Source: Fidelibacterota bacterium (GTDB lineage: Bacteria; Fidelibacterota; UBA8477; JABMPR01). From it: a stretch of DNA of 64,000 bases. Shown here one piece after another: positions 1 to 9,648 of this stretch (the stretch's first letter is position 1; the number at the start of each line of letters is the position of its first letter). A program made the translations under genes and the position numbers. The stretch spans positions 34,555 through 98,554 of the forward strand of contig JAIPJF010000010.1 of the NCBI GenBank assembly GCA_021734325.1, written 5' to 3'. The notes under the pieces were generated by a model. That model saw nothing but the letters and a program-made list of their open reading frames with translations, was not told where the DNA came from and did no database searches.

Positions 1-206
1 CCCAGGTTAAGGCCATTTATATAGCCAGAACCGAGGCTGGGCACGCAGAGTGTCGCAATCACCCTGAGCAGGGTTGATTTCCCTGAGCCAGTAGTTCCAA
101 TAACCGCGTGAATATGTCCCTTTTCAACACCGAGGGTAACATTGTTGAGAGCGGCTTTATCACCATATTTCTTGATGATGTTTCTTAAAGTGATTGAAAC
201 AGCCAT
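1..206 (-). CDS. ABC transporter ATP-binding protein, N-terminal fragment running off the window
   Basis: Reverse-complement translation from ATG at 206 gives MAVSITLRNIIKKYGDKAALNNVTLGVEKGHIHAVIGTTGSGKSTLL..., with a Walker A motif (GTTGSGKST). A GGAG sits upstream of the start. It lies at the 3' end of the minus-strand gene string at 254-7141. Confidence 0.7.
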   Translation of the reverse strand, partial: MAVSITLRNIIKKYGDKAALNNVTLGVEKGHIHAVIGTTGSGKSTLLRVIATLCVPSLGSGYINGLNL

Positions 207-253
207 GTATAGCTATACTCCATCTACGGCAATAAATGCCACCAAATTAATTC

Positions 254-1096
254 TTAACTAGCTGTCTTCTTATCTCCCTTGATCGTCCAGACTATTAACA
301 AGACGACCATGAGTAATAAGACCCAAATTGAAGCATAATGATAGGTCGCTCCACCGTACGAGATGAGATCTGTAAAACGTCCAATGAGTAATGAGATTCG
401 TCCCATTACTGCAAATCCAAATGAAGCACCAAAGCTGATCATGAGGAAGTAAATACCTACACGGGTAACCTTACCAAAATTTCCAGCATGTTCCTTTGAG
501 AAGTAGAAATAGAGTAAACCCGTAACTGTTCCAACAATAATGACCAGATTATTAAAGATGCTAACGCCAGTCAAGCTGAAAAGGGGCATATCTACAAAGG
601 AAACTGCAGAGCCCTTGATCTGACCCAGCACGTTTGAATTCAGAAATGCATATGCTCTTAGACCGGCTGCCATACCCACTGTATACGCAATACCCAATCG
701 AGCCAGCCAGCTAAGTTTGTTGATGACACTAAGGAGCATCATAATACCGAGGGCAAAGGGCAGGATATACATAAAGTGGGGATCCGTGCCATGGCCTTTA
801 TCAATTCCACCAGTTGGAAAGACACTGGGCAGGACAAAACCAAATATATTGTAGATTCCATACCAGATTCTCATGAAGAAACCTGCTATCTCACCTTCTG
901 GTACAGGCCACAATCGACCAAACAGATTTGGCTGGACCTGTGTCCAGAAAGCCATGGACATCCAATAGCCGGCAGACACACCGACAAAGACATGCTCAGC
1001 GATCTTGTAGAAAGGATTATCTTTATAGAGATAGGAAAATATTCCCAGGGTCAGGAAGACTGCAACCCATGCTCCAAATATTTCAGAACCATTCAT
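254..1096 (-). CDS. polytopic integral membrane protein, possibly the permease partner of the downstream ABC ATPase
   Basis: 280-aa ORF with multiple hydrophobic segments rich in G, F and Y. It is separated from the ABC ATPase fragment by 47 nt on the same strand. Confidence 0.5.
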   Translation of the reverse strand: MNGSEIFGAWVAVFLTLGIFSYLYKDNPFYKIAEHVFVGVSAGYWMSMAFWTQVQPNLFGRLWPVPEGEIAGFFMRIWYGIYNIFGFVLPSVFPTGGIDKGHGTDPHFMYILPFALGIMMLLSVINKLSWLARLGIAYTVGMAAGLRAYAFLNSNVLGQIKGSAVSFVDMPLFSLTGVSIFNNLVIIVGTVTGLLYFYFSKEHAGNFGKVTRVGIYFLMISFGASFGFAVMGRISLLIGRFTDLISYGGATYHYASIWVLLLMVVLLIVWTIKGDKKTAS

Positions 1097-1107
1097 TATT
1101 CAGCCTC

Positions 1108-1959
1108 CTAATATTTCTTGGAACGTCTGCGCTCAATAAAGAACGAGATGTTTCCAAAAATGATAAATCCAACAATTACCAGATGAGCAACAGACTGAGC
1201 ATCCATTCCACTGGTCCCAATTCCGGGCTGGCCGATAAGTGACTCATATTCAGCCGCGCCGGGCATCCCGCCGAGGATACCTACAATCTGACCAGATTGT
1301 ACATATGGCATAACCTCATTCACCTGGATAGAGGTCGTTCCGGTACTCATTGTAATACCGACGGGATCAGCAGCGTATTGCACCCACTCCACTGTTCCGG
1401 GATAACCTGCAGAAGCAGAGAAGAGGTAGTCGAAATCTGCTACCTGATTGACACCCTCCATCATGGGAATGTCATCCAGGAAATTTCCGCGAGCGTCCAC
1501 GGTGAACACTTTACGAAAATTACTCACCAGCCCCTTGATAACGGCCTCGGCTCCTGGTCGATACCCCAGAAGCACATAGTCCTCTCCGTACACCTTGTTG
1601 TACTGGCGGACTGCAACCTGTTGGATAGCTTCCATGGCCATAAATTGACCATCTGGCCAGAGACAAGTGATGTAGATCTTCACATCTTTTTCCATGAGAT
1701 GACGCATAAGTGCCACAGCCATGGGTTGAATTTCAGGTTTGGTGCTGGGACCATACTCAAAAGAAACCAGTGCCTTATCCCCTGCTTTCAGTTTTTCCAC
1801 AGCATTGTAAACATCCTGCGAGGAATTGGTTGGCCGGATGGGCAACCCTATTGGAAAAAAGAGAGGTAATATCACTACCAGCGCAATAACCAAAAAGATA
1901 TAGCGTCTATCAAGACTACCGGCACGAACGATGAAATCTAAGAATTTTTCCATAATCAT
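1108..1959 (-). CDS. hypothetical bitopic membrane protein (N- and C-terminal TM helices flanking a soluble domain)
   Basis: 283-aa ORF. It has an N-terminal hydrophobic segment (IFLVIALVVILPLFF) and a C-terminal one (VAHLVIVGFIIFGNISFFI). Its 4-nt overlap with the upstream gene indicates an operon. Confidence 0.45.
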   Translation of the reverse strand: MIMEKFLDFIVRAGSLDRRYIFLVIALVVILPLFFPIGLPIRPTNSSQDVYNAVEKLKAGDKALVSFEYGPSTKPEIQPMAVALMRHLMEKDVKIYITCLWPDGQFMAMEAIQQVAVRQYNKVYGEDYVLLGYRPGAEAVIKGLVSNFRKVFTVDARGNFLDDIPMMEGVNQVADFDYLFSASAGYPGTVEWVQYAADPVGITMSTGTTSIQVNEVMPYVQSGQIVGILGGMPGAAEYESLIGQPGIGTSGMDAQSVAHLVIVGFIIFGNISFFIERRRSKKY

Positions 1960-2984
1960 TCTCCGATATATGATTTTTCAATACCCAGGATATAACGAAT
2001 TGAAGTGGCAAAGATGCCCAATCCAATTCCTATCATAATAGCACGAGCTCCGGCTACATTGGGATTGTTATAAATCCAGTCCTGCAAGACTGGCAAATAG
2101 AAAATCGCAGGTTGATCAACAGGCCAACCCATGATGAATCCAGCGATGGTTACAAGCAGAAGGCCACCCACAACTGAAGCAAGTGTATAGGTCCTGTTCT
2201 TAAACCATGTATTCACACCGGCACATAAGGCCAGCACAACGATATACAGAATGAACCAGGCAGAGATGTGTCCACCAATGGGGACTCGACCCAGCATGAT
2301 AATGATACCTGACACCAGCAATAAGGTGGCTTCGAAATTTCGAATTTTGAATGCACGGTAGGATGCCGACGCTACGAAGAATGCCAACAGGGCAAACATC
2401 GTGGCTGAAAGAGGTGTGAAGATGAATCTGAACATCCAGTTGAATAAGGAACCCCGAGTAGAAATATGTGATCCCCACTCAGTCGCACGCATATTAGCGG
2501 TGCCGCCGGCAGCATTGATTTGTGCAACGACCTTATCCGCGCCTTTTTTGGTGAAATAGGGCGTGTCAATAATGTAGGTATCACCTTCTGGCATGGCGAT
2601 GAGGATATTCTCAGTACTCTTCTCATCCAGATTTATCTCGCTGGCCAGCACTGTGGCAACTTTGGCAGGATCGTCATATTGACTGATCTCGACATTGTAT
2701 GAGCCCAATAAAATAAAACCGGCAGTAAATGAGAATGTGAACCCGGCAATAGCTAAAGCAGCATACGGCCAGCCTTTTGATTTCTTCACCACTTTTAAAG
2801 CTTGAAGTTTGAGAAGATTTAAAGCTCCCAGGAACATGGCGAAGCTTGCCAGGATATCGAACCATTGAGTCGCATCGTCATCCACAAAGGACTTAATAAC
2901 AGGTTCATCCACAAACCAGCCGAAGAGGGTAAAAAACCCGATTGTGGCAGCAATGGCAATTGGTAGTTGTCGTTTCATGAACAT
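1956..2984 (-). CDS. polytopic integral membrane protein of unknown function
   Basis: 342-aa ORF with at least 8 hydrophobic stretches and tight operon spacing. Confidence 0.5.
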   Translation of the reverse strand: MFMKRQLPIAIAATIGFFTLFGWFVDEPVIKSFVDDDATQWFDILASFAMFLGALNLLKLQALKVVKKSKGWPYAALAIAGFTFSFTAGFILLGSYNVEISQYDDPAKVATVLASEINLDEKSTENILIAMPEGDTYIIDTPYFTKKGADKVVAQINAAGGTANMRATEWGSHISTRGSLFNWMFRFIFTPLSATMFALLAFFVASASYRAFKIRNFEATLLLVSGIIIMLGRVPIGGHISAWFILYIVVLALCAGVNTWFKNRTYTLASVVGGLLLVTIAGFIMGWPVDQPAIFYLPVLQDWIYNNPNVAGARAIMIGIGLGIFATSIRYILGIEKSYIGE

Positions 2985-2994
2985 GATCTACCTC

Positions 2995-3858
2995 CTACTG
3001 AACTGTTAGATAACTCAGGATATCCCAAGAGATCCAACCCAGATCATGAAAAAAGTTAAATACAGTGCCCACAATCATCATTGAGATGGCGAGAATCTTG
3101 AGCGAGTCCTGTCCCTTAACTCCACCAATAAGTTCTGGCTCCTGAGATAAGTATGCACTGGCTGCAAAGAATTCCTCGCCGATGAGTGTGTAGTCACAGG
3201 CAGTCACAAAAAACGGAATCTGTGAGGGTGAGGCAGTGCCTGCAATCTGGATGGCACCTATTGAATTCCCTGTTTCAGCGAGCAACAAAGATTCAGCATA
3301 AAATTTACCCATATATAAACAGGCAGCAGGCTCTTCACGCATCATGATACCATTGACACCGGCAGCGTATGCAAACTGGTCATCAGTGAGATAATGAACC
3401 ATGTCATCATGAAACAGGTCGGGTCGCCCTTCCAGTAAGTAGGACTCTCGACATGATTCACGCGCAGCCTTCATAACAATCGCTCGTGAAACAGGCACAT
3501 TGAGGCTTGTCTCGTAGCGAGCGGTCATTTTTGCCACATGCCCCAGGACAACAACTCCGGCAACTGTTTCTACCTGGTCCATATCCATAATACCAGGTAC
3601 ATACAGAACAGGTTTACCCATTTCTGTGGAACGTCCAACTGCTTCCTCAACGGCCTTTAAACCAGGAATATTACGTAGGAAAATCTTCTCCCCTCGTTTT
3701 GCCATACGGGTGCTATAAATCAACACGCCTCCGACAATCAGGATGGCCCAGAACATGACTCCCCGTTCTGTGACAAAAAATGGATGTCCCAGAAACCAGT
3801 AGATCATGAACAGGACGAAGATGCTACCGGCAACAGACCAGAATTGTTTATCTTTCAC
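2995..3858 (-). CDS. hypothetical membrane-anchored protein
   Basis: 287-aa ORF with two N-terminal TM segments, a soluble middle and a C-terminal hydrophobic segment. It overlaps the upstream small ORF by 11 nt. Confidence 0.45.
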   Translation of the reverse strand: MKDKQFWSVAGSIFVLFMIYWFLGHPFFVTERGVMFWAILIVGGVLIYSTRMAKRGEKIFLRNIPGLKAVEEAVGRSTEMGKPVLYVPGIMDMDQVETVAGVVVLGHVAKMTARYETSLNVPVSRAIVMKAARESCRESYLLEGRPDLFHDDMVHYLTDDQFAYAAGVNGIMMREEPAACLYMGKFYAESLLLAETGNSIGAIQIAGTASPSQIPFFVTACDYTLIGEEFFAASAYLSQEPELIGGVKGQDSLKILAISMMIVGTVFNFFHDLGWISWDILSYLTVQ

Positions 3859-4141
3859 TGTGCTTCTCCGTTTGTTTATTTTTGCTTTCTATTTCGAACT
3901 GTTCGAGTTTGGCGATGAGTGCTTCCACGTTTCGCGGCTCCTCAAATAATTCGGCTGCCCGATAGTATCCATCTGCCTTAATAAAAGCACTAACTATCGG
4001 CCCAAAAAATATCATAGTATGACTGCCTAACAAAGCTAAAGGTTTAACCATTTCAAGGGCAAACACGGCGGGTGTTATAAACCCAGTGTCATAGATCCTC
4101 TTTGCTATTCGCTCTATAAATGCTTTGTCCTCATCGGACAA
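3848..4141 (-). CDS. small hypothetical protein (97 aa) within the operon
   Basis: ORF in the operon frame string with one central hydrophobic segment. I recognise no motif. Confidence 0.35.
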   Translation of the reverse strand: MSDEDKAFIERIAKRIYDTGFITPAVFALEMVKPLALLGSHTMIFFGPIVSAFIKADGYYRAAELFEEPRNVEALIAKLEQFEIESKNKQTEKHSER

Positions 4142-4169
4142 CAGCTCTTTTGTCGCGATATCGGCTGTC

Positions 4170-5297
4170 TTAATCAGTTTCGACCATCTCCAAATTGGCC
4201 CGCGGAATTGTCATAACTTCATCATCAATATTGATCTCAGCTACACGAACCATCGTTTCAGATTCCATCTTTTGCAATTCAGGGGGCAGCGATATTACGG
4301 TTCCAATTCGCCCAAAATAGGGAGCTCGGATAACCCGAACCAAACTACCGGCTTGAATTCCCTCGTTAACCTGAGAAACATTGGTAGATCCTTTGAGATC
4401 CGCATTGTCCAGGGGAATTACAATTTCAGGGCGGATAACTCCAGCCCGAATCTGAGTCGCACCATTAATGGAGGTAAATTTGCCATGGTGTTGTTTGAGG
4501 AGATCAAAGGTGCGTGATCCCATCCTGATCTCACCATACCCCTCAGTGAGAACCAGAGACGTGACCAAATCCTCGGAACCCGTGATTGCGACTCCAAGTG
4601 TGTAACCCAGAATCTCTTCCAGGTCAAAATAGTTAAAACCACCAACAACAATACCAGCAACCTTCATTCTCAGGGCTTTTTGATAGGCCTTCAGACTCAA
4701 GAATGAGCCCCCAACCAATACTTTGCCTGCATGCTCAGGTTTGATCATATCCTCGGTAAGTTCGTCTTCGCGGGTTTCAGTAACAACGGCTAATTCACCT
4801 CTGCTCTCACCTCCAATACCAAAGATCCCCTGAATGAAAACAGCATCTGCTTCAATAACCACTCCCTCTTCAGGATATACTTTGGATACTGTACCACGGA
4901 TATAAGCATCTACCTCCACGGGAATGGGAGCATCACGCAGAACAACCTGTCCTGTAATTGCCGAAACTGCTTCACAGGTGCAATCAATGGGAGCCAAAAC
5001 ATTGGATTTAAAAAGTCCAAAGAAGCCCTTTGTCTCTGCTATCATTTCACCTTTTGTGTAACTGGAACCGATGGGTTTACACATGACAGCTTCCACATCA
5101 CTGGGGTCAATATTTAGTAGATTTCCCACATTCACCATTTGCACGGTCCCAGGCAAATGAGTACGCGCAACAATATCATCCGGTTTGACGGCATCGTTAA
5201 GTTTTACCACAACCTCCCCTTTTAAGGGCAGAATACGGTCTTTATGAACTTTTGCTTCATGAAGAACTTTGAGTCCAGGAGTATATGAATGAGCCAT
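4170..5297 (-). CDS. hypothetical protein (375 aa), partner of the GlmL-like ATPase
   Basis: Long ORF 3 nt downstream of the ATPase gene. It is Gly-rich (GIFGIGGESRG, VAGIVVGGF). I cannot assign a family. Confidence 0.5.
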   Translation of the reverse strand: MAHSYTPGLKVLHEAKVHKDRILPLKGEVVVKLNDAVKPDDIVARTHLPGTVQMVNVGNLLNIDPSDVEAVMCKPIGSSYTKGEMIAETKGFFGLFKSNVLAPIDCTCEAVSAITGQVVLRDAPIPVEVDAYIRGTVSKVYPEEGVVIEADAVFIQGIFGIGGESRGELAVVTETREDELTEDMIKPEHAGKVLVGGSFLSLKAYQKALRMKVAGIVVGGFNYFDLEEILGYTLGVAITGSEDLVTSLVLTEGYGEIRMGSRTFDLLKQHHGKFTSINGATQIRAGVIRPEIVIPLDNADLKGSTNVSQVNEGIQAGSLVRVIRAPYFGRIGTVISLPPELQKMESETMVRVAEINIDDEVMTIPRANLEMVETD

Positions 5298-5299
5298 GA

Positions 5300-7141
5300 T
5301 TAGTTTCCTCCCAACATATCAGTATCAGGATATTCGTTGGTCGCTTTGGACCATTTATTTAGATTCTCAATTCTCAGGGCTTTTTCTTTACTCAGCTCAA
5401 AAGGTCGGCCTCGACCATCTAAAACCAATCCAACGGTCCCGCCAAATACTTCAGTTTCAAGCGCTTCACCCCTATCTTTTCCCATGGTCATGTTTTTGGC
5501 AGGGGTCAGCTTGGCTTTGATCCCTTGATATGAAGCTGGAATAACAATGATCTCTCCTGTCTTTAATTCAACTGTCTTCACACCTTCTCCAGGAATATCA
5601 AATTCAGCAGTTAATATCACGGAGCCGGGCTTCGGCTTACCCGCTGGCGCAATACAGGTACCCAGGCGAATCAAACAATCCTTTTCAAATACTTCCACCG
5701 CTGCCTTGCGGGCACTCTCAGCCATTTCTTCATTTTCAATATTGGCCATCACACCCAATTGTGGCATCATAAAAATAGAATCCACAGCAAGCTGGGTAAT
5801 TCCCTCTGGAACAAAGGCATCGATCATCATCCGCATGGCCTGCTCACGTCTCGGCGCATGTGATAAGACACCGCCTGATCCAACCAGCAGATCCAGCTCC
5901 ATCATATCAACCAGTGTTTCACCAGATCCAGATTGATCGAATGCATCTGAAATAGTACGCTCTTGCTGAACGCCCTTTAGTTTAACCGCAAATGATTTGT
6001 GCTGAATAAAGGACAGGCGTAAGGCCTCACGGGCAATGGCCTGTTCGATGATCAATTCCTCCAGCGACTGTGGGACGGTCGTAGGCCGGATCATTTTGTT
6101 CCCGATGCGGTTTGTCAATTCACCCTCATCAATATCAATAGGTACCCAACGTAGAACATTTTCAAGACCTGCCTCGGCCAGCACATTACACACTGAATAA
6201 CTCATACCCAGATTCGCACTTACTGTCCGGTTGAACTGGCCTTGAAAGACGGAAAAGATGTCTGTGGTTGCCCCTCCGATATCTACACCCACAACAGAAA
6301 TTTTTTCTTGACGGGCAACCATTTCGATAAGGGAACCGACTGCACCAGGAGTGGGCATAATCGGGGCATCAGTCCAAGTCATGAGCTTTTTATAACCTGG
6401 TGCCTGGGCCATGACATGTTCCATGAACAGATCATGGATCTTGTCTCTGGCAGGGCCGAGATTTTCAACCTCGAGAACGGGTCGAATATTTTCAATAATG
6501 TCCAGGTCAGTGATCTCACCCAGGGTTGCTTCAATATCCTTTTGAGCTTTTTTATTCCCGGCATAGATCACTGGCAATTTGTAATTCTGGCCTAAACGCG
6601 GTTTGGGGTTTGCAGCAGCTAATATTTCGGCTAATTCGACTACATGGGATACCGTTCCTCCATCTATCCCACCGGACAGAAGGATCATATCAGGGCGAAG
6701 TTGACGAATGCGCTCAATCTTTTGATGGGGGAGTCTTCCGTCATTCGATGCGAGAACATCCATCACGATGGACCCGGCTCCCAATGCTGCGCGTTCTGCG
6801 CTCTCCCCTGTCATCGCCTTCACCACCCCGGCCACCATCATCTGGAGACCACCACCGGCAGATGAGGTAGACACATAAACATCTACACCCGTTTTGTCAT
6901 CACGCATGGGATGAATGATCTGATCACCATCCAAAATCTTCAGGCCTGAGAGCTCTTCAACTTCCATGATGGCATTCAGCACACCCTTGGTAACGTCCTC
7001 AAATGGGGCCTCTACAGTCGTTGGGGCTTCTCCCCTTGTCTTTAAACGGTAACCCTGATCGGTTAATTCAATCAATATGGCTTTTGTTGTGGTTGATCCA
7101 CAATCTGTCGCCAGAATCATTTTTAATTGTTTACCTGCCAC
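5300..7141 (-). CDS. ASKHA-superfamily ATPase, GlmL/MutL-like (glutamate-mutase-accessory-like fold) with a C-terminal extension
   Basis: The N-terminus (ILATDCGSTTTKAILIE) and a second phosphate-binding-like motif (VGVDIGGATTDIFSVF) are typical of the GlmL/MutL branch of actin-fold ATPases. It also carries LSGGIDGG. At 613 aa it is longer than canonical GlmL. Confidence 0.55.
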   Translation of the reverse strand: MAGKQLKMILATDCGSTTTKAILIELTDQGYRLKTRGEAPTTVEAPFEDVTKGVLNAIMEVEELSGLKILDGDQIIHPMRDDKTGVDVYVSTSSAGGGLQMMVAGVVKAMTGESAERAALGAGSIVMDVLASNDGRLPHQKIERIRQLRPDMILLSGGIDGGTVSHVVELAEILAAANPKPRLGQNYKLPVIYAGNKKAQKDIEATLGEITDLDIIENIRPVLEVENLGPARDKIHDLFMEHVMAQAPGYKKLMTWTDAPIMPTPGAVGSLIEMVARQEKISVVGVDIGGATTDIFSVFQGQFNRTVSANLGMSYSVCNVLAEAGLENVLRWVPIDIDEGELTNRIGNKMIRPTTVPQSLEELIIEQAIAREALRLSFIQHKSFAVKLKGVQQERTISDAFDQSGSGETLVDMMELDLLVGSGGVLSHAPRREQAMRMMIDAFVPEGITQLAVDSIFMMPQLGVMANIENEEMAESARKAAVEVFEKDCLIRLGTCIAPAGKPKPGSVILTAEFDIPGEGVKTVELKTGEIIVIPASYQGIKAKLTPAKNMTMGKDRGEALETEVFGGTVGLVLDGRGRPFELSKEKALRIENLNKWSKATNEYPDTDMLGGN

Positions 7142-7190
7142 TATTATTTTCCTTCATTCTATTTCAAAACCCAAAATATCATCTCGATAT

Positions 7191-8258
7191 CTATTGTTTC
7201 AAGCGTGGGTCCAGTGCGTCACGCAAACCTTCACCAACGAGATTGTAAACTGTGACTGTAATAAATATTGCCAAACCGGGAAATGTGGTCAACCACCATC
7301 CGGTTGGCAGCGTATCTCTTGCACTACTTAGAAGTGAACCCCAAGTCGCCTGCTCCGGCGGTGCACCAAATCCAAGGAAACTCAATCCCGATTCTATGAG
7401 GATAGCTGCAGCGACGCCAAAGGTTGCCGTCACAAGAACAGGGGTCAGGGTATTGGGTAGCACATGTCGGAAGATTGTCCGTACATCCTTGTAGCCCAGT
7501 GCTTTAGCTGCTACCACATAATCCTCATTCTTGACCTTCAAAAATTCACCTCTGGTAAATCGGGCGACGCCGGTCCAGCCAGTTAGTCCAAGAATAATCA
7601 TAATATTGATAATCGATTGGGTCTCCATGACGGCTACGATGGTTATGATAAGAAACATTCTAGGAAAGGTTATCATTATTTCTATCAATCTTTGAATAAT
7701 AATATCGATGATACCACCGTAGAATCCGGCCAGCGCCCCCAAAATTACTCCGATGAATACATAGATCGCCACTGCCACAAATCCCACCAGGAGACTGACT
7801 CTGGCTCCATGAATCATTTGAGAGAGGACATCTCGTCCAAGTTCGTCTGTCCCAAAAAGATGGGACATGGTGGGAGCTTGTAATTTGACCTTGAGGTTGT
7901 ACTCTGTTGATGAGTAGGGTATCACAGGATAAATTGCCCAGTCCCCTGCTTCGTATTTTTCCTCCAGGATCTTGAACTGCTGACTTTTGAACACGTCCTG
8001 CCAATTCATACCAAACCAATTGACCCCGTATTCTCTGAAAACCGGGAAGTAGGTTTCCCCCTGATAGCGCATGATAATGGGTTTATCATTTGCCAGAAAA
8101 TCAGCAAAGATAAAAATGAATAACAGGACATAGATGACATGCAGAGAGAATACAGCGAGCTTATTCTTCCTGAATTGTGAACCAACTATCTGGCCATAGG
8201 TACGTGCCGGTGCCATCTCAGCCATTATTTTTCTCCTCGAAAGTGATCCGCGGATCAA
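7191..8258 (-). CDS. oppC: oligopeptide/dipeptide ABC transporter permease (OppC/DppC-like)
   Basis: 355-aa polytopic protein with the binding-protein-dependent permease signature region (…SLLSSARDTLP…). It is the last gene of the oppA-B-C string. Confidence 0.8.
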   Translation of the reverse strand: MIRGSLSRRKIMAEMAPARTYGQIVGSQFRKNKLAVFSLHVIYVLLFIFIFADFLANDKPIIMRYQGETYFPVFREYGVNWFGMNWQDVFKSQQFKILEEKYEAGDWAIYPVIPYSSTEYNLKVKLQAPTMSHLFGTDELGRDVLSQMIHGARVSLLVGFVAVAIYVFIGVILGALAGFYGGIIDIIIQRLIEIMITFPRMFLIITIVAVMETQSIINIMIILGLTGWTGVARFTRGEFLKVKNEDYVVAAKALGYKDVRTIFRHVLPNTLTPVLVTATFGVAAAILIESGLSFLGFGAPPEQATWGSLLSSARDTLPTGWWLTTFPGLAIFITVTVYNLVGEGLRDALDPRLKQ

Positions 8259-9648
8259 CGATCGCGTACATCAGATCTGATAGCAATATCCCAGATAGGG
8301 TGAGCATGGCGCTGATGGTCGTAACTGCCATGATAACTGGATAGTCCCTGTAAAGGACAGCATTGAAACTCAATTGTCCCATCCCAGGTATGGAAAATAT
8401 TGACTCAATGATGATTGAACCTGAAATAGCCAGCGGGAGTAGATTTGCCAGCATTGTGATAATGGGTATCAGTGAATTCCTCAAAGCATGTTTATAGGTA
8501 ACAACCCTTTCACTCAAGCCTTTCGCCCTGGCAGTTCTAATATAATCCTGTCGGATCACCTCCAGCATGGACCCGCGCATGTAACGGGAGAGCGCTGAAA
8601 AGCTACCATAAGTCCATATAATCAAGGGTAATGCGACGTGGTGTCCAAGATCCAGTAAATAAGCCCATGTACCCATATTCTCAGCACCCAGGCTGTGCAA
8701 TCCAGTGACGGGGAATATATCCCAGAAATCACCCCCACCAAAAAACACGATCGCCATTGTCGCCACCCAAAAATTGGGCAGTGAATAGAGTATGAATAAG
8801 ATGACGGTGGTAACTTTATCCCCCGTCGTGTACTGGTGAGTGGCTGAATATATGCCAAGCGGGATGGCTATCAGGTAAGCCAGGATAAAGGATGTAAAGG
8901 TGAAAATGAGTGATACGGGTACGCTTTCCTTGATATGATCCCAGACAGGGCGATTATCCTTGATAGAATCTCCAAATTCCAGCATCATCATGTTCACCAG
9001 CCAACGTGGATACTGGGCTTCAGTAAAGATTTTCTTGAAAATCTGAAATTTGGTGAACTGATAGGAATCCCGGGCAGCATTACGAACCACTCCAGTTGAA
9101 TCAGTTCCTCCACCCCACCAATTCGTAATATATTCAAGCTGTTTATCAATGCTCATTTCAGCACTGATGGCCAATTTCTGTTTGATTGTCAAAATCTCCA
9201 GGACTACCAGAGTTTCCTTGTCAGTCAGATCACCTTTTTCCAGCAAGCCAACAAGAAAAGGAACTGCAACCTCATCAGCCTGTTTCAGGGGTTCGACAAT
9301 ATCATCATAATCACTTCCACTCAAGGCTCCATCATTTGCCAGATACTCGCGAATAGTTTCCCAGTCATCCTCATAGGAATAGATCACGAAATTGAGCAGT
9401 AAAGGTTTATCCAGCCCATATATTTCCCGTGTTTGTTCCACAACCTGTTTTGCCAGATTCTGATCTGAAGACATCCCGGTTTGCTGGTTGCCCATTTTAA
9501 AGGCCGTTGGGTCTCCAGGCGCCAGTTTGATGATGATAAATGTGATGATGGATATCCCGAAAAGTGTGGGAAATATTAACAATATTCGTTTTAAGAAGTA
9601 ACGCCACATTAGAGACCGGCCCCCATCATGGATGTGGAGCGCCACCAA
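8218..9648 (-). CDS. oppB: oligopeptide ABC transporter permease (OppB/DppB-like) with a ~170-aa periplasmic insertion
   Basis: 476-aa ORF. The N-terminal TM (ILLIFPTLFGISIITFIIIKL) and the C-terminal ...IVDPRI motif are typical of OppB. A large hydrophilic insertion follows TM1. Confidence 0.8.
   Translation of the reverse strand: MVALHIHDGGRSLMWRYFLKRILLIFPTLFGISIITFIIIKLAPGDPTAFKMGNQQTGMSSDQNLAKQVVEQTREIYGLDKPLLLNFVIYSYEDDWETIREYLANDGALSGSDYDDIVEPLKQADEVAVPFLVGLLEKGDLTDKETLVVLEILTIKQKLAISAEMSIDKQLEYITNWWGGGTDSTGVVRNAARDSYQFTKFQIFKKIFTEAQYPRWLVNMMMLEFGDSIKDNRPVWDHIKESVPVSLIFTFTSFILAYLIAIPLGIYSATHQYTTGDKVTTVILFILYSLPNFWVATMAIVFFGGGDFWDIFPVTGLHSLGAENMGTWAYLLDLGHHVALPLIIWTYGSFSALSRYMRGSMLEVIRQDYIRTARAKGLSERVVTYKHALRNSLIPIITMLANLLPLAISGSIIIESIFSIPGMGQLSFNAVLYRDYPVIMAVTTISAMLTLSGILLSDLMYAIVDPRITFEEKNNG

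Noticed and set aside
2200-2865. Several 60-90-aa ORFs antisense or alternate-frame inside the 1956-2984 membrane protein gene (and similar nested ORFs throughout, e.g. 24047-24406, 26354-26710, 62353-62917)
   Set aside because: They are fully contained within long, well-supported genes on the opposite strand or in a different frame. Their composition is typical of chance ORFs.
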